Origin: Octopus vulgaris
Lineage: Eukaryota
Reading direction: 5' to 3'
Length of the DNA stretch: 64,000 nt
Assembly: GCA_951406725.2 (NCBI GenBank)
Contig: OX597815.1
Span: 94,922,001 to 94,986,000 of the forward strand
Every line of letters begins with the position of its first letter. Position 1 is the stretch's first letter. The notes under the pieces were generated by a model. That model was not told the DNA's origin, ran no database searches, and saw nothing but the letters and a program-made list of their open reading frames with translations. This document shows, piece by piece, positions 53,657 to 64,000 of this stretch. Position numbers and translations under genes: made by a program.

Positions 53657-54624
53657 CAGTGCCCTAGCATGGCGACAGTCTAATGACTTAAAAGAGTAAA
53701 TGATAAAAATATATCTATCTATCTATCTATCTGTCTGTCTATCTGTCTGTCTGTCTCTCTCTATCTATATATCTGTTTATGCACACACACATACGCACAA
53801 ACATGTGCACGCGTGCACACACACAGACATAGACAGACACACATTTACACACACGGACACACCTATTTATAAGTCATTGGATATAAATCACGAAGCTTAT
53901 GGCAAACTTACGAGTAACATGTGAAAATTCCATTTCTTAAAGGGAAAATTATACGAACAGGTACCCTGCCGTTACATTGACAACATTTTTATTTTATTTT
54001 ATTTTGTATATTTCTAGTAAAAGTGAGATCGTTGAAGTTTCATTTTGCCGAAAGAGAAATCCAATTACATTACGGATATCAGTATAGTTATAATGGGATC
54101 AGAAAATATGGTGAAAGCAGCAGACCTTTTCGGTTATACAGAATATAACACCTTATTAAACTTTTATTGCTTATCAGAAGGGGATTTTTTCTCTCAAAAT
54201 TGAATAATGGTTACACAATGTTAAAGTTTCCAATTTTATGCTACATAAAACCAAATTTACGTTTATGGATGTTGTGTGATAAGATTTATTTCATTTAAGG
54301 TTATAACATAAAGCACGTTAAGCACTATTAAATTAACTTAAGCGGAATGTAAATTTTGTATTTCACGTTTTTTTTTTTTTTCCAAAAATGAATTAACTGA
54401 GTATGAGTAATTGCTATAACCTAGGAGTGTGTATTTTTTGTCCTTTACACAAATAATCCTTGTTCTTTGAGAATCCATTGATATCTTTTGCAGTTGAAAA
54501 CAGGTTTTAAAATGTCAAAGAGGACATTTTTCTTTTTTTATATCAAGTTACTCTTCTCGCAGCAGAAGGTTTTTATTAAGTCCGAATGCAACCGAAAGGT
54601 ATGTATGTTTCTTCTATATTTTAA

Positions 54625-54835
54625 TTATTATAAATCTTCCACTGAGGAGAGAGCCGGTTTCCAACGAAGATAAAAGCCTCCATCTTTGGGATGTAATTAA
54701 CACTGATAAATCCACATTTGTAACATGAAAAAAGTCTTGCATTTGTAATGTACGAATTAGCCGGTCGATTTCACTTTCTGAAAATCCCAGTTTATCCAGA
54801 TTTTCCTTTAAGCATTTACTAACAAAACCAATTAA
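54625..54835 (-). mobile_element. 3' end of an RLE-type (R4/Dong-like) non-LTR retrotransposon
   Basis: IGFVSKCLKENLDKLGFSESEIDRLIRTLQMQ resembles the post-endonuclease C-terminus, followed by a short UTR and (TAA)-like tail. Confidence 0.5.
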
Positions 54836-55139
54836 ATATGTATGTATATATACATGTATGTATGTGTGTGTATACACGTGTGCAAACGCACACACACACA
54901 CACCCATATATACATATATATATATTCATTACAGATATAGGGTGAAAGATGATTAATTTAATAAAATGAACAAATTTAGTCCTTTGGCTGCTATTTCTAA
55001 AATTTTCGGTATGTGGTCATGCAACCTGTTGCAAACCCTTATTGTTATAATTATATATATATATATATAAGCAATAATAAATATCAGAGCGAGTTGTAAA
55101 CAGTAGCTACAACACATCGTGATGGCAAATTTACGTCAC

Positions 55140-55239
<100 letters not shown>

Positions 55240-55512
55240 CTTACACACACACACGCACGCACATGTATATATATGTATATATGTATATGTGTGTGAATAT
55301 ATTTATATCTGTATGTGTATTCACAAACAAGTATATGTGTATATATGCGTTCGAGTATATCTATGTTTATATACATATGTATGTGAGTGCGCGTACAAAT
55401 CCCTATATGTGAGCGTGTGTGCATAAACGCATATATATTCATGTGTGTATATATATATATAAGCATACACACACATATATATTCATGTGTATATATATAT
55501 ATATATAAGCAT

Positions 55513-55568
<56 letters not shown>

Positions 55569-55689
55569 ATATACGTATATTATGTGAATGTTTATATATA
55601 TATATATGTGTGTGTGTGGGCGTGTGTGTATGTGTCCGAGTGTTAGTACGTATATGGAAGTATATGTGAACCAACACGTATCTGTAAAT

Positions 55690-56130
55690 ATAGGCCGAAT
55701 CTTAAAGGTCAGCTAAGGACAATCGCACGTGTAACCAGCCAAGAAGAACAAATCAACAGTACAAAGAAATCAAATGCAAATTCTTTTAAAACGGCATCCA
55801 ATTTAACAGTAGCAGAATCACCATCCCACTACATCTGCACATTCAAAGGAGTTTGCCAAAGGCCCTGCACCAACAGAGCACCCTGATAAGCTCAGTGACT
55901 ACCATTAAATTCAGCCAAGGATTTTGAACATGTGTAGAGAATATTTACTTATCACTTGAGGAAATACAATTAAATATCATAAACGAGGGAAACGGTTGCA
56001 TAATCAAGTACCTGCACACCTGGAGAACTACGCTGCGTAGAAACAATTGTAGTGATTAAAAAATAAATGTCCAGCCTTACCCCTTCTATTTGACACCAAT
56101 TTTATCAATTATCTATTCATACACGACTAA
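55690..56130 (+). mobile_element. Decayed LINE 3'-coding fragment; near-identical to the insert at 58782-59060
   Basis: NIINEGKRLHNQVPAHLENY parallels FFSSTGPALFNIVPREIK of the 45.9-kb LINE. Confidence 0.5.
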
Positions 56131-57034
56131 TGCCCAAATGCAAACATAGAGGAACATAAAATACTACTACTGGATAGCTCAGGGTAAATCTATAGGTGGA
56201 CGAGTTCTATACTGTACTCTAGTACGCTCTTAACAGAATACACCATAACTATTCAAACATACACACTTAAGTGTGTAGACGAACGAAAGAAGGCACTCAA
56301 CGCGTTTATTGGGAGTTCATGTATGGATCAAAACAGTTCGAATCAAACTCAGTGTACCAAGGAATTTGAATCAAACTATCTTCATCTATATATATATATA
56401 TATTAATAAATAAAACATAAGCATATATATATACATATATGTACGTACCTACCTCTACATGTATATATACACGCATATATGAGTACAGGACACCAAAAGA
56501 ACGTCGTACACAATGAGAAACGAAAACATAGACACAAACCCAAGGAACTGGACATTTTTCTTAAACAACAAAAAAATAGAGTACAGGACAAATAACACAA
56601 GGAAAAAACACCTTCTTCAGTCGTCATGGTTTCATCTACTCTGCGTTTTCGAAGGTGAAGGTGAGACGCATCTTCGATAGAAACTTTCCTTCCTGCGAAA
56701 AGCAAATCAAATAAAATTTGAGATCTTTTTGCAGAGGGGTAAAAATGGTAACAAAAACAGGACAGTACAAAATATAAGCAGTAAAAGACAGGACAAGGAA
56801 AATAACAAGACAAGAAGGGCTGTTAAGCCGAACGAAAAAAAGTATTACGAACGCTGTTTCTGTGGACGGCAAAGGGAGCAAAGAAAATTGCCGTCGACAC
56901 CTCAAGAAGGTCAGGCGAGAAAGAAGGTGGCAAGGCTCTCGTCGCGGGTTAACGGCGGGTGGGAGGAGGAGGAGGAGTAAGAGAAAGGGAGAGAAGAAAG
57001 GGGAATGGTTGTGAGGAAACCAGAAAGAATGAAG

Positions 57035-57068
<34 letters not shown>

Positions 57069-57465
57069 AAGAATGAGAGAGAGGGAGAGACAGTTAAGTA
57101 GAAGAAAAGGAAATCAGAAAGAATGAAGGCTGAGAAAGGGAGGGGACAGAAAGGTTAAGAAGTGCATCAAAATTAATATCAAGAACAATCTTACTTAGAA
57201 AATATGTATGTATGTATGTATGTATACATATATCTCCCTCTATATAGGAGAACATATCTATACATATACTTCTTTTCTATCTTCAGATAATCAAAGCCTA
57301 ACACACATAAGAACATTTACATATATCTTAGTCAACCCTATACAAACAATCAAACATTCCAAAACTCACGCCCATAAGAGAGAATATATCTATATATACT
57401 CTGCTTGAAATAATCAAAGTCTCGCACACACAAGAAAGAATATATACATACATACATACATACAT

Positions 57466-57539
<74 letters not shown>

Positions 57540-57835
57540 GTAGATATAACAAAACTAAACCAAAAGAAAATAAACCATGCCGATTAACACCAAACTTACA
57601 AGAAACGAAATTGCTCTGATAATGAAATTGACCCCCTAATAAGCACATGGTTTTTTCTCTCCCATACAGAAAACATAAACATTTCGTGTCTAAATGAGAT
57701 TGCCGGAAAAACAACGCAAATACTCAACACGCGAACTGTTAAGCAGAATTGCAGCATACTAAAACACATCCAGGTTTCCTTCAACCTAATTGTGGGTCAT
57801 TTTGAAAAACTTCAATATATTTTCTCTTTAAATAT

Positions 57836-57839
<4 letters not shown>

Positions 57840-57868
<29 letters not shown>

Positions 57869-59765
57869 GCCAGAAAACTACGAACAGCAGCAACAAGCAA
57901 AGCGAGAAAAACAACAGCAGCCAGGAAATCATGAACAGTAAAAACAGCAACATCAGGAAGAGACGCTCCTAAATTCTATCAAAATAACTGATCTACTGAA
58001 CGATAGTATCTCGTCACCTCTCTCTCACTCACCACTCTCACAGCAGCCACCACAATTATCATCGTCGTATCTTCATCGTCATCATCACCGCTGCCATCAT
58101 CGTCTTCTACCAGCTCAAATACAAAATATAAACCACTGCTTTCTTCTCCCACTTCGCCACCTCAATGTAAAAAAAATCTAAAAAAAAATCAATGACGTGG
58201 AATGTGTCGCCCACGAAACCCCAAAATATGCCGTTATTCCCAAAGCACGCGAAGTGACTGCATCTTTACACATCTACCTGGCACTAGACGCACAATCCAG
58301 ACAAGCACTACCAGCCATGACCGAAGCACGCATCCCACAATTACATCAATATCAACACCACCAAATAGTAAATTGAATGCTAAAACACGTATAACACGGT
58401 ATCCCAGAATCTGCTGGTATTCCAAACGCATAACATGTCTGTTGTGTGACTGTCTCTTCACTCTCTTCCTAGGACTCGACGCACTAACAGAAAGGGGGCT
58501 CCACGCCAACACAGAAAGCCACAGTAAAGACACTGCCTACTGTAGTAATGCTGGTCCGGACTTTTCATGAAGACACAAAACCAGTCAAAACCTGCCACTA
58601 CGCTAGCGTCCACATTTCTACTCAATGCACAAGGTGTCAGTCTCTCCATCAATGCACAAAAATGAAACATCAAATTCATTGAGAATTGGATTGGTATCCA
58701 TCCACATCACATCCCTTTCTTCATTCTTACTGAGACCCATCTTGGCAATTCCCCGAAAGTGAAAGTGAGGAATATCACAACAGTAGTTCTCTAGGTGTAC
58801 ATGTACTTGATTATGCAACCGTTTCCCTCATTTATGATATTTAATTGTATTTCCTCAGGTGATAAGTAAATATTCTTTCCACATGTTCAAAACCCTCGGC
58901 TGAATTTAATGGTAGTCACTGAGCTTATCAGGGTCTTCTGTTGCTGCAGGGCCTTTGGCAAACTCCTTTGAATGTGTAGATGTAGTGGGATGGTGATTCT
59001 GCTACTGTTAAATTGGATGCCGTTCTAAAAGAATTTGTATTTGATTTCTTTGTACTGTTGAAGTGAAAGTGAGGAATTTCACAACCATCTGCGCAGATCG
59101 AGTCGACAGAAGGAAGGGTGGAACTACCAATTTCCTGTATGATTCCTTTTCGGCAGATGGGAATATGACATTCTCCAATAGCTACTGTGAATCGGTCACT
59201 GTTCACATCAAAACCAATGACCTGATAATAGTTGGGCTGTATAGGCGTCCTCAAACACCCATACTGCGCTTTAATGAATGCTTCAACAGCATTAAGTGCT
59301 TTATTCAACAGTGCCGTTCTAATAACACAATTATGATGGGAGATTTTAATCTACCCTGTGTTGATTGGTCAACAGTTTGAAATCAGGCACTCCCAGCTCA
59401 ACTACTAACAAAGAAGCAGTAGTCACTTCTCGACTTTATGAATGAGTTTTTCTTGTCCCAACGTGCCCTTGCACCAACAAGATATCAGAACATTTTAGAC
59501 CTTGTGCTTAGTAACTACACTAACATAATACACAATGTTTCAGTGAAAAAAGCCCTTCTTTCAGACCATGACATGATTCTCTGTTACCTGAGATTCCACC
59601 AGCCAATAGTTAACCCTAGTGACCTCTCTCCAGCTCACCCATTTGATACCATGGATCTCTGGGATGCCGACTGGGTTGCAATCATAGACGATCTATTACA
59701 TGCTGACTGGTCTTTCACACATACACACGTCACTGCTGAAAACCCTGAAAAATCCCATACCAGGG
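57840..59765 (+). mobile_element. CR1-group LINE 5' portion: ORF1 Cys/His remnants and APE endonuclease, interrupted
   Basis: PKICRYS...DCIFTHLPGT; LLNAQG, LTETHL, DRVDRRKGG, LYRRP, MGDFNLP, PTRYQNILDLVLSN, SDHD. Confidence 0.88.
58782..59060 (-). other. 279-bp inverted copy of 55754-56032 inserted in the LINE endonuclease with a 25-bp direct duplication
   Basis: aagtgaaagtgaggaat(a/t)tcacaac at 58757-58781 and 59061-59085. Confidence 0.9.
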
Positions 59766-59861
59766 ACCCACTACAAGATATAAAATACTGTATGTGTGCG
59801 TTTGTGTGTGAGTGTGGGTATATATATATATATATATATATATATTTACATACACACACAT

Positions 59862-59947
<86 letters not shown>

Positions 59948-60229
59948 ATGTGTGAGTTTGTGTATGGATAGAAGAAAGTGAAACTGAGGTCTGGTGGTAT
60001 AGGAAACGAGAACTTAAATTATGAGTATATACGAAAAGCATTCTAGAAATGTTTAGCCTTCTTTTATTAGTAGAGGCAGTTATGAGTGTCCTAGATTATT
60101 GTAATTTTTGTATATCATCACTGCACATCGAATAAGCTGACCAGTCACATTTTCTTTCATATTGAAGGAGACAATTATAATAAAACATTCAACACACCCT
60201 ACTGCAAAATGCTTGGCATATTCTACAAA

Positions 60230-60465
60230 AACCTACCCGTCACAATTCCATCATTGAAACCAATTACTTGATAGAGATAGGAATGTAAACTCTTTCTCAC
60301 CCTACCCACAGTCCAGAGCTTGACCCGTTGACTTTTGGTTGTTCCCTAACCTGAAGGAGAATCTCAGGGGCAGTCGTTTTGAAGATATTGAAAAGATGGA
60401 GCCTGTGACAGAGGTCCTAAACACTTTCACTTTGTAGGAGCCCCATAGGCATTCGTGACCTGGTT
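60230..60465 (+). mobile_element. Mariner transposase C-terminal fragment
   Basis: HPTHSPELDP/DFWLFPNLKENLRGSRFEDIEKM (YSPDLAP.DF.LF motif, frameshifted). Confidence 0.8.
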
Positions 60466-60692
60466 CTTAAATGGATAAACTTAATAGAGTGTTACTGAGC
60501 TTGATCATTTCTTCGTGACAGAGAACATCAGTGGAAAATGCGAAAACTAAAAGAAGCAGCACATATGCTAGGACTCAACAACCTCCTCAGCAGACCGAGT
60601 GCAGATATGAATAGCATATGGGAACCGGTATTAAAGAAAGATAGGAAAATATTAGATTTGTAAGCCCTAACATTCACTCCATAACTTCCCAC

Positions 60693-60890
60693 GGGCATAT
60701 GGTGTAGTGGTTAAGAGCGTGGGCTACTAATCCCAAGATTCCGAGTTCGATTCCAGACAATGACCTGAATAATAATAATAATAATAATAACAACAATAAC
60801 AACATATCTTAGGAATGAGAACCCAGGCTCGAAATTTTCTCAAGACACTTGATGAAGGCTGGAGGGCATATCAGCCGAAACGTTTTGTAC
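60693..60890 (+). mobile_element. tRNA-headed SINE-like element with (AAT)n spacer and 3' hammerhead motif
   Basis: A-box tggtgtagtgg, B-box gagttcgattcc, acceptor-like gggcat/atgacc; then TTGATGA-a-ggctg...cagcc-GAAAC-GTT. Confidence 0.8.
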
Positions 60891-61170
60891 ATACAGTTTG
60901 TATTTTCTTTAATGACGTAAGATTGGAATTCGGGCTTGATAGGTGTGCTAGTTCAATAATAAAACAGGGAAGGGAAAAGATATATGGGCAAGCAAGCAGA
61001 TTAGTTGAATATGAAAGGTGGTATAAATATTTGGGTTTAGTGGAAGCAGATAAAATAAAACACGGAGAGATGAAACAATAACAAGTAGAGATTATACAAG
61101 GAGAGTAAGGAAAACATTAAAGTGAAGGTTGAATTTTAAGAAATATTAAGGCATTCAACTGGCGAACTCT
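60890..61170 (+). mobile_element. R4/Dong-like RT fragment
   Basis: FFNDVRLEFGLDRCA...YKYLGLVEADKIKHGEMK. Confidence 0.75.
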
Positions 61171-62171
61171 GGGGTATATCGAAGAAAATTTCTCCTTGAA
61201 ATCAACTGACACAAGACAAAAATATGTTTACTCAGTAGTACAGTTCCCTCTTTCAACAATGTAAATAGATTTTGAATGGCAGTGCACCTAGTATACGTTA
61301 TGTCTGACGCAATGTTAGTTGGTAGCTAGTCTGCGTTTTTTTGAAACATTGTTATGTGGTAGTTATTTACTAATTCCCAAATATATTTTGAGAATTACTT
61401 AGATGCGTATGCGTCCGCAAATTGGTGTGGATAAGTATATATTTAGATATATGTGTATGAACGTGTGTGTATCAATATCTGTATATGTATATATATATAT
61501 GTGTGTATGAGTGCGCGCATGCGGGCGCGTGTGTGTTTGTGTGTATGCGCAGTCATATGGTAAATTGATAGGAAGGGTATTATTTACAAATAGATGAGAA
61601 ATAAATGAGAGAGAAATAAATAAACTGAGATGCCTTGTCTAATATATTGTTAAATAAAGAGAAAAACGAAAGAGGTAAAACAAGGAAAAAATCGACGTGA
61701 AAGATTTTGATGCGGTAATTTTCTGTAGACGAAAATATATATAATTTACAATAAACTAGATTTATGATCCCGAAAATTATGTGTATCGCTGGAAACGATT
61801 AAGATTGAAAAGAGTAAAGAAATCTATATACCTTTTTGTCCAAGAGAAGAGTAAGAAACCAATTCGTCGTTTATTCTTAAAAGTTACGCTTACTATAACA
61901 AATTTAAAATGTAGTCATATTTTTTGTGACCATTGTTTGGTGGCTTAATGGAAAGAGGCTGTTAGTTTTGATCAGTAACATTGTGTGTGTGTGTATGTGT
62001 ACGTGTGCGTATAGATATATTGAGAGATAAGTAAAATACGTTAATAGAAAATGGTTTGGTCAACGTTATACAATAATATGGCTGTCACATTTCTGTGTCT
62101 ATTCGCCTATTTCTTTATGTTTCACAGCCTCCCTTACTCACGAATGCACACATACACACACACAAACACAC

Positions 62172-62208
<37 letters not shown>

Positions 62209-62636
62209 CATACACACACATACACACACACACAAGTTCCCAACCACATGCTGGCACACACACATACACACACACACGCTCACACACATCTATATAAAGT
62301 TATAAATGAGAGGGAAATATTTTGATGAACTACTTTGATAATGGAAATATTTTGATAATGAATAAATTACTTAAATGTTTGCATTGATACAAAATGCAAA
62401 AAATTCGTTCAAAATGATTCAGAATTTGAGCCATGTCCTCAGGTGAAAGAAAGTTCTTGTATGTTACTATATATTCTAGCTGGTTGTGCAATGATACATT
62501 AAGGAGCTTTTTCTATGAGTACTACCGAATTACTCTAATTGATATATTGTGACACACACGCGCGCGCACACACACGCACATACACATATATAGATAGATA
62601 TGGATTAATATATATTTGTATATATATATATATATA

Positions 62637-64000
62637 AGAGAAAATTGGAAGCTATACCTGGATGACTGTTTTATCATCTGGAAGGAGAACATCGACAAAC
62701 ATTTTGGATTTCAAAACAACACTAAATGACATAAATAGTAACATTCAATTCACAATGGAATATAACAAAGAACAACTTCCATTTTTAGACATCATGATAA
62801 AAAAAGTTAACAATGAAATCATAACTGACATTTATTATAAACCAACTGATTCAAAACAATATCTTCTTCTTAACTCATGCCACCCGAAACACATAAAAAT
62901 AAACATCCCTTTTAACTTAGCAAAAAGGATCTGTACAATAGTGTCTGATAGAACAACCCGGGACCTTCGTCTTCAAGACCTCAAAACAACACTTATTTAT
63001 AGACAATATCCACCCGCTCTTATCGACGAGGGAATTAAATGTGCCAAACAATTAGACACAAAAACACTAAGAACAAAAAACATAGCACCACACCTCAAAC
63101 CAAAACATTACTTTTTATATCAACACACAACCCCAGAAACAGTGAGGCATTCAACACTATTGTGCAAACTCTCCCTTTACTAACTAGAGATCCAAAAATG
63201 AACGACATCCTGAAAACACACAAACTCATCAAATGCAAAAAACAAGACAAATCGCTAAAGAGACTACTAACAAATGCGAAGCTTTACAAAACAACCACGA
63301 AACCAACGGTTGAAAAATGTGGACGCCCGAACTGAGGAACCTGCCCCAACCTGCTTGAAGGCTCGGATTTCCTTTTCAAACAAGGACAGAGGTTCACAAT
63401 TAAAACTAGTTTCACCTGTGCCTCTGAGAACCTAATTTATATTAATAACCTGCTCGGGTTGCGGTCATTAGTGCATTGGACAAACGAGTTTGACTTTGAG
63501 AAAGAGAATCACTCTACATAAGGAGCAAATCCGTTTCTCGGAATACAGACAAATTCCTCTCAGTGAACACATAGAAAAATGTGCAGGTAACATCAAACCA
63601 AATTCCACAGTCTTCCCTCTCTACCAGTGCAAAGACGCAATCTCTCAACTAGAACGGTTAAATAATGAACCTTTTTTCATTGAAAAATACAAAACACGTC
63701 TTAATATGCACGCATAACCAACTTTTATATTTTTACATATTCCATTCACGATTACATCACTGTACATAAACCCCCTACTAAACAAGGTTTTTTAAAACCT
63801 GTCTTTTTTCTGTACTCATATTTAATCCTCACCTATTACCGAAGGCTGAACAGTTATCTCCCTTACACACAACAATAACAATAATAACAACCAATTACCT
63901 CCCTTTATTTGTCTACTTGTGAAGCCATTCACTCGTGAATTTCATCACTCACAACATGGACCAAATTTCTTGTTAAGAAAAAATATATATTCAAATAGAT
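62637..64000 (+). mobile_element. Penelope-like element 3' half (RT C-terminus, GIY-YIG, start of pLTR), runs off the window
   Basis: WKLYLDDC...NIQFTMEYNKEQLPFLDI...TDIYYKPTDSKQYL...SCHPKHIKINIPFNLAKRI; CSGCGH, GQT; 63830-64000 aligns to pLTR 36820-36975. Confidence 0.92.

Noticed and set aside
58815-58862. CTGAGGA...GAAAC on the minus strand (and its donor near 55955-55998)
   Set aside because: No stem II or stem I pairing; lies in a LINE coding remnant
60693-60765. Functional tRNA gene
   Set aside because: Mismatched anticodon and T stems, odd ACT anticodon without a Ser variable arm, no terminator; treated as a SINE head

Overview
AT-rich, microsatellite-saturated eukaryotic DNA. Composition, a mollusc-type 5S sequence and the SINE set suggest a coleoid cephalopod such as Octopus (inference). 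No intact host gene is recognisable, and most ORFs in the track are microsatellite artefacts. The window is a mosaic of transposable elements: three mariner relics (one full length with TIRs), several Penelope-like element (PLE; RT + GIY-YIG) fragments, four non-autonomous Helitron-like elements, CR1-group, RTE and R4-like LINE fragments, several tRNA-headed SINEs and a 5S rRNA-derived copy. The main unexplained signal is a dense set of minimal, dimer-type hammerhead ribozyme (HHR) motifs in PLE pseudo-LTRs and short repeats. These include (i) a 33-nt HHR whose C3-G8 tertiary pair is replaced by A3-U8 in both copies, (ii) a short family with a long stem II showing compensatory changes, and (iii) a tRNA-headed SINE ending in a hammerhead. 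Coordinates of decayed elements are approximate, and identities were judged by eye.
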